Positions 45,259 to 53,992 of a stretch of DNA of 64,000 bases are shown piece after piece (positions within the stretch are counted from its first letter, which is position 1; every line of letters starts with the position of its first letter). Origin of the DNA: Verrucomicrobiota bacterium (GTDB lineage: Bacteria > Verrucomicrobiota > Verrucomicrobiia > Opitutales > Opitutaceae). A program made the position numbers and the translations under genes. Location of the stretch: positions 8,641 to 72,640 of the forward strand of contig JAUVVA010000002.1 of NCBI GenBank assembly GCA_030604905.1, written 5' to 3'. The notes beneath the pieces are model-generated. The model had not been told where the DNA came from and did no database searches. It saw only the letters and a program-made list of their open reading frames with translations.

Positions 45259-46830
45259 ATGTTTCCTGCTTTTCCCGCACTGCCCGCGTCCGCCGTCCCG
45301 CCCGAAGCCGCGCCGCCGTCCTTACCGATCGCGACGGGCGAGGCGCCCGCTTGCCTGAGCACCGACTTGCCCGGCGAGTTCGAGGCCCTACTCGCCCCGC
45401 CGCCCCGACGTGACGCGGAGCCCGTCGCCGCCGGCCATGTGTGGTGCCCGCCGCCCGCGCCGGTTGCTGCACCGCTTGCCCTCGCCCCGGGTGACTTGTT
45501 CGGTCGTCCCACCGAGCGGCCCGCCCAAGAGAGCGAGGCCGAAGAGATCCCCGCGCCCGAGCTGCGCCGAGATGGTTCGCGACCGGAGGAGCCGTTGCGC
45601 GAAGACGCTGAGGCACCGCTTGTCGTGAGCGCTTGGTTTTTCCCCTTCGCTGTCACGCCGCTCCCGGCCGCCCAGCCCCTCAGCCGGCCGGTCGTCGAGG
45701 CGGAGCCGGCTCACGAACCCTCGTCCGCGCCCGTGCCTCAGCTTGAGGCTCCGTCGCCGCTTCGGTCGGCACCCCCGCGCGAGGCGTCGGCAGAATTTGC
45801 CGCGCCCTCCGTTGCTTCGAAAAAAGCCGATGCGTTTTCGTCCGATCAACCGATCAAAAACAACACGCTAGCCGCTAACCAAGAGATAGTAGCGGATGCA
45901 AAAGAGAGCGGTGGCACAAAACCCGCAAAGGAGCTCGGCAACATGCAACCCGCCGCCGCACTCGCCCTTGCTCGCGCCGCTTTGCCGGGCGGCGTCGAGT
46001 CTGTGGAGCGGGTGGCTTACCCGGGAACGCCGAGCCCCAGCTCGGCCCGCGTCTCGACCCGCGCTCCCTCTCCCGAGCCCGTCTCGGCCCCCGTTGCATC
46101 CGCCGCCCCCGTCCCCCCCGCTGCTTCGGCCGCCCCGGCTGCACCCGTCACAACTCACGCCACGACACCCCAGTCCTTACCTGCGGCGGATTTCGCGCCG
46201 CTCGCCACGGCCGCCCCGACGCCCGCCGCCGCGCCCGCCGCGGCATCGGCTCCGGTTCCCGCCGCGGCGCTTCGACTCGTGGAGCGTGTCGCCGAGGTCG
46301 CTGAGCGAATGCTGCCCCGGGCTTCCGCCGAGGAAGTGCGGCTCACGCTCGATCTCCCCGGCGCGCATCGCGTCGAGGTGAAGCTGGCGCTGCGCGAGGG
46401 CAAAGTCTTCGCCGATTTTCGCACCCAGTCGCCGGAGCTGCGCAGTGCGCTCTCCCAAGCGTGGGAAGGCTTCGTGCGTGGCCGCGAAGGCTCCGCGCAT
46501 CGCTGGGCCGATCCGGTCTTCGCCGCGTCGTCCGTCAACTCGTCCGCCGCGTCGCCCGCCACCTCCTCCGCGGCCGCGCTCGTTTCGCCTCCACCCGTCG
46601 CCGCCACTCCCTCCACCTCGTCCGCCGCCGAGCCCGGCGCTACCCGCGATCAGGATCTCTCCGATCCCCGCCACGCGCCGCAGCGTGATGGTGAGCCCCC
46701 GGCCCAAGCGCCCGCGCCCGCCCGCGCCCGCCGCGCTTCGCCGGTCGTCGCGCCGTCCTCGTCCGGCGCCGCTTCGGCTGCCGAGGCCGGGCGTCCCTCC
46801 ACCTCGCGTCACTTGAGCGCGCGGGCCTGA
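45259..46830 (+). CDS. fliK: Hook-length control protein FliK-like
   Basis: Pro/Ala low complexity; C-terminal 'VRLTLDLP…VEVKL…F…SPELRSALS'; precedes flgD. Start uncertain; in-frame ATG at 45943. Confidence 0.75.
   Translation: MFPAFPALPASAVPPEAAPPSLPIATGEAPACLSTDLPGEFEALLAPPPRRDAEPVAAGHVWCPPPAPVAAPLALAPGDLFGRPTERPAQESEAEEIPAPELRRDGSRPEEPLREDAEAPLVVSAWFFPFAVTPLPAAQPLSRPVVEAEPAHEPSSAPVPQLEAPSPLRSAPPREASAEFAAPSVASKKADAFSSDQPIKNNTLAANQEIVADAKESGGTKPAKELGNMQPAAALALARAALPGGVESVERVAYPGTPSPSSARVSTRAPSPEPVSAPVASAAPVPPAASAAPAAPVTTHATTPQSLPAADFAPLATAAPTPAAAPAAASAPVPAAALRLVERVAEVAERMLPRASAEEVRLTLDLPGAHRVEVKLALREGKVFADFRTQSPELRSALSQAWEGFVRGREGSAHRWADPVFAASSVNSSAASPATSSAAALVSPPPVAATPSTSSAAEPGATRDQDLSDPRHAPQRDGEPPAQAPAPARARRASPVVAPSSSGAASAAEAGRPSTSRHLSARA
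45789..45801. promoter_or_regulatory. Enhancer-like dyad GGCAGAATTTGCC inside fliK
   Basis: 124 bp upstream of an internal -24/-12 site. Confidence 0.65.
45912..45927 (+). promoter_or_regulatory. Internal sigma54 promoter within fliK
   Basis: TGGCACAAAACCCGCA (GG-N10-GC), preceded by an A-rich tract. Confidence 0.65.
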
Positions 46831-46858
46831 TCCGCGCCAGCCGCTCTCCCCCGCTCCC

Positions 46859-47356
46859 ATGACCACCCTCGCATCCACCGCCTCCGCCGCCGCGGCGGAT
46901 CCCTTCTCGGCGGCCGCGTCGGGCCGCGTGCCGCGGCAGACCCTCGGCCAGGAGGAGTTTCTCCGGCTCATCACCGTGCAACTCACCAACCAGGACCCGC
47001 TCAAGCCCACCGACGACACCTCGTTCATGGCGCAGATGGCGCAGTTCAGCGCGCTCGAGCAATCCTCGCAGATGGCGCGCGATATGGCCGCGCTCCGCTC
47101 CGACCTGCACTTCCAGTCCGCCTCCGCGCTGCTTGGCCGCGAGGTCACCGTGCACACCGACTCCGGGCCCGTCACCGGCATCGTGGATTCGGTCGATTCC
47201 AGCTCCGGCTCCGTGCGCCTCATCATCGGCGGGAAGGCCTACTCGCCGGCCGACGTGCTTCGCGTCTCCACGCCGACCACCCCGCCCCCGCCGTCCGCTC
47301 CCATTTCGACCGATCCCGCTCCCGTCACCGCTCCTGAAACCGAACCGCAATCCTAA
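46859..47356 (+). CDS. flgD: Hook cap protein FlgD
   Basis: 'LGQEEFLRL…QLTNQDPLKP…QMAQFSALEQ'. Confidence 0.95.
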   Translation: MTTLASTASAAAADPFSAAASGRVPRQTLGQEEFLRLITVQLTNQDPLKPTDDTSFMAQMAQFSALEQSSQMARDMAALRSDLHFQSASALLGREVTVHTDSGPVTGIVDSVDSSSGSVRLIIGGKAYSPADVLRVSTPTTPPPPSAPISTDPAPVTAPETEPQS

Positions 47357-47368
47357 GCCCCCGCACCT

Positions 47369-48235
47369 ATGTCCCTCATCGGCACCCTCACCTCCGGCGT
47401 CAGCGCCATGCGCACCTTCACCAAGGGCCTCGAAGTCATCGGCAACAACATCGCCAACGTAAACACCACCGGCTACAAGGGCTCCTCGGCCACCTTCGAG
47501 GACAGTTTTAGCAACACCCTCCGCGGCTCCGCTCCGTCCTCCGGCGCCGGCTCCAACCTCTCCGCCGTGCAGGTCGGCACCGGCGTGAAGCTCGCCTCGA
47601 TCAACCCGCGCTTCACCCAGGGCGCGCTCTCCACCACCGGCGTCGGCACCGATCTCGGCGTCTCCGGCAACGGCTTCTTCCGCGTGCTCAACACCGTGGA
47701 CAACTCCGAATACGCCACGCGCGCCGGCGACTTCCGCCTCGACGACCAGGGCTATCTCGTGACGAGCAAGGGCTACCGCGTGCAGGGTCTCACCGGCGGC
47801 TCGCCCGGCACGCCGCCCTCCGCGGTCGGCAGCATCCGGCTCGGCACGCCGCCCGCCGGCACGCAGTTGCAGAGCTTCTCCTTCGACCGTCAGGGCAACA
47901 TGGTCGAGTTCTACTCCGACGGCAGCTCCGCGATCACCAACCGCGTGCTCCTGCAACACTTCCAGGACCCCACCGCCCTCCAGCGCGCCGGCGACAATCT
48001 CTTCACCGGCCTGAGCAACGCCGGCCCCGTCGGCGGCCTCGCGCTCAGCGCCGACAACGGCCCCGGGGCCAACGGGCTCGGCACCATCGAGGCCGGCACG
48101 CTCGAGCTCTCCAACGTCGATCTCACCGAGCAGTTCGCCAACATGATCACCGCCCAGCGCAGCTTTCAGGCGAGCTCCCGCATCGTCACCGTCTCCGACG
48201 CCATCCTCGAGGAGGTCGTCAACCTGAAGCGCTGA
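47369..48235 (+). CDS. flgE: Flagellar hook protein FlgE (short form, 288 aa)
   Basis: 'GNNIANVNTTGYK', 'TRAGDF' and 'SNVDLTEQFANMITAQR'; follows flgD. Confidence 0.9.
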   Translation: MSLIGTLTSGVSAMRTFTKGLEVIGNNIANVNTTGYKGSSATFEDSFSNTLRGSAPSSGAGSNLSAVQVGTGVKLASINPRFTQGALSTTGVGTDLGVSGNGFFRVLNTVDNSEYATRAGDFRLDDQGYLVTSKGYRVQGLTGGSPGTPPSAVGSIRLGTPPAGTQLQSFSFDRQGNMVEFYSDGSSAITNRVLLQHFQDPTALQRAGDNLFTGLSNAGPVGGLALSADNGPGANGLGTIEAGTLELSNVDLTEQFANMITAQRSFQASSRIVTVSDAILEEVVNLKR

Positions 48236-48290
48236 GCGACACCCGCCCGCCCTCGCTCCCGCCCACCGCGCGTCCCGCCCTCGCCCCGCC

Positions 48291-48893
48291 ATGGCCGACA
48301 AGAAACCCGATCCCGCCCCGGCCGCCGCCGCCGCCACGCCCGCCGCCGCGGCCGCCCCTTCCGGTGGCGCGCTCAAGGCCGCGCTCCCGGCCCTGCTCGC
48401 CATCGTGCTCGCGCCCGCCGCCACCTTCGCCGTCGCGCAGTTCGTGCTCCTGCCGCGCTTCGAGGCGAGTTTGCAAAGCGCGCTCGCGGCCGATCCCGCC
48501 GCGCCCGGCGCGAAGCCCGCCGCCACCGCGCCCGCCGCGCCCGCCCGCGGCTCGAGCGGCGCCAAGTCCGGCCCGCCGGCCAAGATCGGCGAGGGCAACT
48601 CCTACCGCTTCGAAAACGTGGTCGTGAACCTCGCCGGCACCATGGGCACGCGTTACCTCAAGGTCGCCTTCCTCGTCACCGGCGAGCGCAACGACGTCGT
48701 CGCGCGCTTCGACTCCGCCCGCCCCCAGCTCGGCGACGTGACGCTCGCCGTGCTCTCCTCGCTCAGCCTCGCCGACCTCGAGGAGCCGGGCTCCAAGAAC
48801 ATCATCCGCGAGCGCCTCCTCGCCGCCTACAACCAGGCCCTCGGCGCCCGCGTCGTGGACAACCTCTACTTCTCCGAGTTCGTGGTTCAGTAG
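48291..48893 (+). CDS. fliL: FliL
   Basis: TM segment; 'VVNLA…RYLKV' and 'LYFSEFVVQ'. Confidence 0.92.
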   Translation: MADKKPDPAPAAAAATPAAAAAPSGGALKAALPALLAIVLAPAATFAVAQFVLLPRFEASLQSALAADPAAPGAKPAATAPAAPARGSSGAKSGPPAKIGEGNSYRFENVVVNLAGTMGTRYLKVAFLVTGERNDVVARFDSARPQLGDVTLAVLSSLSLADLEEPGSKNIIRERLLAAYNQALGARVVDNLYFSEFVVQ

Positions 48894-48911
48894 GCCGCCG
48901 CCACCCCTCCC

Positions 48912-49943
48912 ATGCCCGACGCGCCCGACAACTTCGGCGGAGTGCTCGATCAAAACGAGATCGACCAGCTCCTCGCCCAGGCCGCCGCCGAGACGCGTCC
49001 GCCGCTGCTGCGCGCCGACGGCCGCCGCGACGAGCATGCCGACACCTCGCGCGTCGAGACCTACGATTTTCGCAACCCCGCCTTCCTCACCGAGGTCGAG
49101 CTGCGCCGCCTCCGCATCCTGCACGAGGATTTCATCCGCTACCTCGCCGCCCGCCTCTCCATGTTTCTTCGCATGGAGTGCGGCCTGAAGATGGCCCGCC
49201 TCCAGACCCAGGCCTACGCCAAGTTCACCGAAGGCCTCTCCACCCCGAGCCACATCTGCCTCTTCAAGGCCGACCCGCTGCTCGGCATCGGGGTGCTCGA
49301 CATCAACCCGCGCCTCGCCCTCACGCTGGTGGACCGCCTGCTCGGCGGGCGCGGCCACTCGGTCAAGGTCGAGCGCTACCTCACCGAGATCGAGGTCGCC
49401 CTGCTCGAGGACGTGGTGCGCATCATCCTCGAGGAGTGGTGCGCCCAGTGGCGCGAGGACCGCGAGCTGCACCCGCAGATCATCGGCCACGAAAACAACG
49501 GGCGCTTCCTGCAAAGCTCGCCGCGCGACGCCGTCGTGCTCGCCCTCGCGGTCGAGGTCAGCTTCGGCGACTGCTCCGAGCAGATCCAGATCGGCCTGCC
49601 TTACTACACCATCGAGCCCCTGGTAAAATCCCTCCAGCAGCGCCGCCAGAAGGACGCCGCCCCGCTCGCGCCGCCGGCCCGCGCCGAGTGGCGCGAGATC
49701 TACGAGCACGTGCGCATCCCGGTGCGCGCCGAGTGGGCCCTGGCCGACATGCCCCTGCGCGAGATCGCCGCGCTTCGCGTCGGCGACGTGATCGAGCTGC
49801 CGCTCGATATCCTCGACCGCACCCGCGTGCACCTCAGCGGCGCGCCCAAGTTTCTCGGCACCGTCGGCCTCGAGGGCGACGCCGTCGCCGTGCGCCTCGC
49901 CCGCAAGCTCGCCCCCGACGAGCAGGACAAAGCCGGCCCCTAG
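48912..49943 (+). CDS. fliM: Motor switch protein FliM
   Basis: CheY-binding 'LDQNEIDQLL'; 'YDFRNP', 'DRLLGG' and 'LTEIE'. Confidence 0.95.
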   Translation: MPDAPDNFGGVLDQNEIDQLLAQAAAETRPPLLRADGRRDEHADTSRVETYDFRNPAFLTEVELRRLRILHEDFIRYLAARLSMFLRMECGLKMARLQTQAYAKFTEGLSTPSHICLFKADPLLGIGVLDINPRLALTLVDRLLGGRGHSVKVERYLTEIEVALLEDVVRIILEEWCAQWREDRELHPQIIGHENNGRFLQSSPRDAVVLALAVEVSFGDCSEQIQIGLPYYTIEPLVKSLQQRRQKDAAPLAPPARAEWREIYEHVRIPVRAEWALADMPLREIAALRVGDVIELPLDILDRTRVHLSGAPKFLGTVGLEGDAVAVRLARKLAPDEQDKAGP

Positions 49944-49961
49944 CCCCTAGCCCCTAGCCCC
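49941..49961. repeat. (TAGCCCC)x3 heptamer tandem beginning at the fliM stop
   Basis: Three perfect copies. Confidence 0.7.
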
Positions 49962-49984
49962 GTTCCCCTTCCTCTTTTCCTCCC

Positions 49985-50233
49985 ATGGACAACGCCTCTC
50001 TCGATCTCGTGCTCGACGTGAAAGTCAAAGTCACCGTGCAGCTCGGCTCCTGCATGCTGCCGATGCGCGAGGTGCTCGCGCTCTCGCCCGGCTCGGTCAT
50101 CCAGCTCCAGCACCGCGCGTCCGAGCCGGTCGGCCTCTACGTGAACGACAAGCTCGTCGCCTACGGCGAGGTCGTCGTCGTGGAGGAAAACTTCGGCATC
50201 AAGATCACCGAGCTGGTCACGAAAGCCGCGTGA
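49985..50233 (+). CDS. fliN: Motor switch protein FliN
   Basis: 'GEVVVVEENFGIKITE'. Confidence 0.95.
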   Translation: MDNASLDLVLDVKVKVTVQLGSCMLPMREVLALSPGSVIQLQHRASEPVGLYVNDKLVAYGEVVVVEENFGIKITELVTKAA

Positions 50234-50745
50234 ACCTCGCCCGCCTCGCCTCCCTTTCCAGCGTGACCCGCTGGCTGCTAGTGGTAGTCGGCTGCGCCGT
50301 ATTGGAGACGGCGCAGCCGATGATCGCGGCCGAGCCTCCCGCGCCCACTCCCGCGCCCGTGCCGGCCGCCGCGCCGGCCTCCGCTCCCGGTGCGCTCGAC
50401 CCCGATCGCATCCTTTATCCTTCCGACAATCGCTCCGGCTCCGCCGCGCCCTCCGAGCGGAGCGCGTCCGGCGGAGGCTCGGTGCTGCTCTTCGTCGCCC
50501 TGGTCGGCATCGGCGCCGCGGGCCTCTGGCTCTGGCGTCGGCGCAATCCGGCGAGCCTGGTCAAGCGCGGCGCGGGCATCGTGATCGAGGACACCCGCGC
50601 GCTCGGCAACCGCCAGTTCCTCGTCGTCGCCGGCGTGGACGGCCGCCGTTTCCTGCTCGGCGTCGCGCCCGGCAGCATCCGCCTCCTTTCGCCGCTCGAC
50701 TCCGCCTCGGGCGAGCCGTCCGACGCCGACCATGAAGACGCCTGA
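50230..50745 (+). CDS. fliO: FliO
   Basis: TM segment; 'LGNRQFLVV…FLLGV…IRLL'. Confidence 0.85.
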   Translation: MNLARLASLSSVTRWLLVVVGCAVLETAQPMIAAEPPAPTPAPVPAAAPASAPGALDPDRILYPSDNRSGSAAPSERSASGGGSVLLFVALVGIGAAGLWLWRRRNPASLVKRGAGIVIEDTRALGNRQFLVVAGVDGRRFLLGVAPGSIRLLSPLDSASGEPSDADHEDA

Positions 50746-51586
50746 GCGCTTCCTCGCGCTGCTCACCCTCGGCCTGCTCGCGCTCCTCTGCCTCGCCGAG
50801 CCCGCTCACGCGCAGGAGGCGCCGGGTTTCCCGGTCTCTTCAGAGCAGTCGGACCAGCCCGATCCATCCGATCGGTCCGATACCTCTCCCGAGTCCACGC
50901 CCGCCGCCGCGCAGCCCTGGCGGCTCAACATCGATCTCGACGGAGGCGGCCAGGCCGGCTCCGCCAGCGTGGGCATGCAGATCGTCATCGTGATGACGCT
51001 TCTCAGCATCGCGCCCTCGCTGCTCCTGCTCATGACCTCCTTCACCCGGATCGTCATCGTGCTCGGCTTCGTGCGCACCGCGATCGGCGTGCCCAGCGCG
51101 CCCGCCAACCAGATCGTCACCGGCCTATCCCTCTTCCTCACGCTCTTCATCATGGGGCCGGTCCTCGAGCGTTCCTACGACGCCGGCCTCAAGCCCTACT
51201 TCGCCGGCGAGGTAAACACCACCCAGGCGCTCGAGGCCGCCTCGCAGCCGCTGCGCGAATACATGCTCAAGCAAACCCGCGCCCGCGACCTCGAGTTTTT
51301 CCTCCAGCTCGGGCGCTTCCCGCCGACCCGCGTCGCCGACCTGCCGCTGCGCGTTATCGTGCCCGCCTACGTGATCAGCGAGCTCCAGACCGCCTTTCAG
51401 ATGGGTTTCCTCATCTTCCTGCCCTTCCTCGTCATCGACCTGCTCGTCTCGTCCGTCCTGATGTCGCTCGGCATGATGATGATGCCGCCCGCCATCATCT
51501 CGCTCCCCTTCAAGCTGCTGCTCTTCGTGCTCGTGGACGGCTGGCACCTCGTGGTCCGCAGCCTCGTGCAGAGTTTCAACGTCTAG
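50732..51586 (+). CDS. fliP: Export gate FliP
   Basis: 'TSFTRIVIVL', 'SELQTAFQMGF' and 'GMMMMPP…LPFKL…DGW'. Confidence 0.97.
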   Translation: MKTPERFLALLTLGLLALLCLAEPAHAQEAPGFPVSSEQSDQPDPSDRSDTSPESTPAAAQPWRLNIDLDGGGQAGSASVGMQIVIVMTLLSIAPSLLLLMTSFTRIVIVLGFVRTAIGVPSAPANQIVTGLSLFLTLFIMGPVLERSYDAGLKPYFAGEVNTTQALEAASQPLREYMLKQTRARDLEFFLQLGRFPPTRVADLPLRVIVPAYVISELQTAFQMGFLIFLPFLVIDLLVSSVLMSLGMMMMPPAIISLPFKLLLFVLVDGWHLVVRSLVQSFNV

Positions 51587-51612
51587 CCCGCGCCACGCTT
51601 CCTCCCATCGCC

Positions 51613-51882
51613 ATGAACGCCGAGGCCGCCATCGATATCTTCAAGACGCTCGTCACCTTCGCCCTGTCGGTGATGACGCCCTTCCTCGGCGTCATCCTCC
51701 TCGTGGGTCTGGTGACCAGCCTCATCCAGTCGGTCACGAGCATCCAGGAGCAGACCCTCACCTTCGTGCCCAAGCTGATTGCCGGCGCCGGGCTTTTCCT
51801 CCTGCTCGCGCCCTGGGTCCTGCGCATGATGAGCGAGTTCGCCGTTCAAAGCATCTCGCGCATGTCCACCATGGGGCCCTGA
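51613..51882 (+). CDS. fliQ: FliQ
   Basis: 'QSVTSIQEQTLTFVPKL'. Confidence 0.96.
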   Translation: MNAEAAIDIFKTLVTFALSVMTPFLGVILLVGLVTSLIQSVTSIQEQTLTFVPKLIAGAGLFLLLAPWVLRMMSEFAVQSISRMSTMGP

Positions 51883-51915
51883 GCCCCGCCCCGCTTCGCG
51901 CGCCGCGCCGCCGCC

Positions 51916-52677
51916 ATGCCGACTTGGGAACCGGTTCTGCTCGCGGTGATGGGCTCCTTGCGGGCGCTCGGGCTGGTCTCCGCGCTGCCCACGCTCGCCG
52001 GCAAGGCGATCCCCGCGGTGCTGCGCGTGGCCCTCGCCGTCTGCCTCGGCGGGCTGCTGGCCGGCGTGGCGCCGGCCGCGACGATCCCGCCCCCGGCCAC
52101 GCTCGCGGACCTCGCGATCTCCGCGCTGCACGAGCTGCTCCTCGGCCTCGCCATGGGGCTGGTCATCCGGGCGCTGCTCTCGGGCGCGGAGCTGGCGGGG
52201 CGCATCATCGCGGGCGAGGTGGGCCTCATCGCCGCGCCCGGTTTCGACGCGCCCGTGCCCTCGCAGGAGCCGCTGCCGAGCTTTCTCGGTTTCTTCGCCG
52301 GGCTGATGTTTTTCCTGCTCCACGCGCACGAGGGCGTGCTCGCGGCCTACGCCCGCAGTTTTGACATCGCCCCCGCCGGCACCGGACGGCTCTCGGGCGA
52401 GGCGGCGGGCACGCTCGTCGCCGCGGTCGTGGCCTTGCTCGAGCTCGCGCTCCGCATGGCCGCGCCCTTCATCGCGCTGAATTTTCTGATCACGACCGGC
52501 TTCGCGATCCTCGGCCGCGCGGTTCCAAAGATGAACGTGTTTATCCTCAGCGTCTCGCTCCGCTCCTTGCTCGGGCTCACCCTTCTGGCCGGTGCCGGCA
52601 CGCTCTTCGCGCGCCATCTCGACGTGGAGTTCCAGCGCCTGCCCTGGCGACTGCTCGAGCTCGTCGGCTCCCGCTGA
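51916..52677 (+). CDS. fliR: FliR
   Basis: 'ELLLGL' and 'GRAVPKMNVF'; multi-TM. Confidence 0.92.
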   Translation: MPTWEPVLLAVMGSLRALGLVSALPTLAGKAIPAVLRVALAVCLGGLLAGVAPAATIPPPATLADLAISALHELLLGLAMGLVIRALLSGAELAGRIIAGEVGLIAAPGFDAPVPSQEPLPSFLGFFAGLMFFLLHAHEGVLAAYARSFDIAPAGTGRLSGEAAGTLVAAVVALLELALRMAAPFIALNFLITTGFAILGRAVPKMNVFILSVSLRSLLGLTLLAGAGTLFARHLDVEFQRLPWRLLELVGSR

Positions 52678-52693
52678 GCCGCGTCCGCCACGC

Positions 52694-52724
52694 GCCGCGC
52701 CCATGGGTGGGGCGGCATTTTTTT
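52694..52724 (+). terminator. Probable terminator after fliR (overlaps a degenerate enhancer-like site)
   Basis: GCCGC…GCGGC stem followed by ATTTTTTT. Confidence 0.55.
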
Positions 52725-52832
52725 CCTCGTGCCAAATCAGGAATGATCGTGCCCCGTTCGCGACGACGTCGGAGGAAATAAGCATGCGATAACCCACTAT
52801 CCGTAAATTGGAAGCAAACGCGGAAAAACTGA

Positions 52833-52848
52833 TGGCACCGGCCCTGCG
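52833..52848 (+). promoter_or_regulatory. sigma54 promoter of the flhB operon
   Basis: TGGCACCGGCCCTGCG (GG-N10-GC) after an AT-rich tract; ATG 15 nt after the -12 C. Confidence 0.75.
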
Positions 52849-52861
52849 ATAGCGGGGGCGG

Positions 52862-53992
52862 ATGGCCGACGACGACAAAGACAACAAGACCGAGGAGCCG
52901 ACGCACAAGCGGCTCACCGAGGCCGCGGAGAAGGGCGAGTTTGCCCGCTCTCCGGAGATCGCCGTGGTCTTCGGTCTGGCCGCCGGGCTCATGTCCTTGA
53001 CCTTTGGGATCACCGACGGCGCGCGCGTCGTCAGCGAGTTTGCCTCGGCCCATTTCGCGCAGATCCACGCGGTGCGGTTCCAGGCGGGCGAGCTCCCCGT
53101 GCCCATGCTTTCGGCCGCGCGCGTCGTCGGCATCGTGCTGCTGCCCGTGCTGGTCGGCGCGGTGATCGCCGCGCTGCTCGCGGGCGGCTTGCAGAGCGGC
53201 TTCAACCTTTCGCCCAAGGCGATCGGCTTCAAGCCCGAGAAGCTGAACCCGATCGCGGGCTTCAAGCGCATCTTCTCGCAGCGCGCGCTCACCCACGGTG
53301 CGCTCGATTTTTGCAAGATGGCCGCGGTCGGCGTCTGCCTGTGGCTGGCGATGCGCGAGCTGCTCGCCGACCCGCTCTTCACCACCCCGGTCGAGATCGG
53401 CTACCTCGGCTCCTTCGTGCGAAACTCCGCCCTGGCGCTGCTCTCGCGCCTCGTGCTCGTGCTCGGGCTCATCGCCGCCGTCGGCTACGCCTACGAGAAA
53501 TACAAGACCCACCGCGACCAGATGATGTCGCGCCACGAGGTGAAGGAGGAGCACAAGCAGGCCGAGGGCAGCCCGCAGGTGAAGATGGCCATCCGCCGCA
53601 TGGCCCGTCGCCTCGCCCAGCGCCAGATGCTCGCCGCCGTGCCCACGGCCGATGTCGTCGTCACCAACCCCACGCACTACGCCGTCGCCCTCAAATACGA
53701 GCGCGGCGTGGACAGCGCGCCCGTGGTGCTGGCCAAGGGCGACAACGCCCTCGCGCGCCGCATCAAGGCCATCGCCGCGGCCCACGAGGTGCCGATGGTG
53801 GAGAACCGTCCCGTCGCGCGCCTGCTCCACGCCACCGCGCGGGTCGGCGAGCCGATCCCGGCGGATCTCTTCCACGCCGTCGCCGGCATCCTCGCCTTCG
53901 TGTATCGGACCCACCGATACTACTTCTACCGCCTCCCGGCCCGCCGGGCCGAGGCCGCCGCGTCCGCCGCCGCCGGAGGGCTCCGCGCATGA
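52862..53992 (+). CDS. flhB: FlhB
   Basis: 'KTEEPT', 'KLNP' and autocleavage 'TNPTH'. Confidence 0.97.
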   Translation: MADDDKDNKTEEPTHKRLTEAAEKGEFARSPEIAVVFGLAAGLMSLTFGITDGARVVSEFASAHFAQIHAVRFQAGELPVPMLSAARVVGIVLLPVLVGAVIAALLAGGLQSGFNLSPKAIGFKPEKLNPIAGFKRIFSQRALTHGALDFCKMAAVGVCLWLAMRELLADPLFTTPVEIGYLGSFVRNSALALLSRLVLVLGLIAAVGYAYEKYKTHRDQMMSRHEVKEEHKQAEGSPQVKMAIRRMARRLAQRQMLAAVPTADVVVTNPTHYAVALKYERGVDSAPVVLAKGDNALARRIKAIAAAHEVPMVENRPVARLLHATARVGEPIPADLFHAVAGILAFVYRTHRYYFYRLPARRAEAAASAAAGGLRA

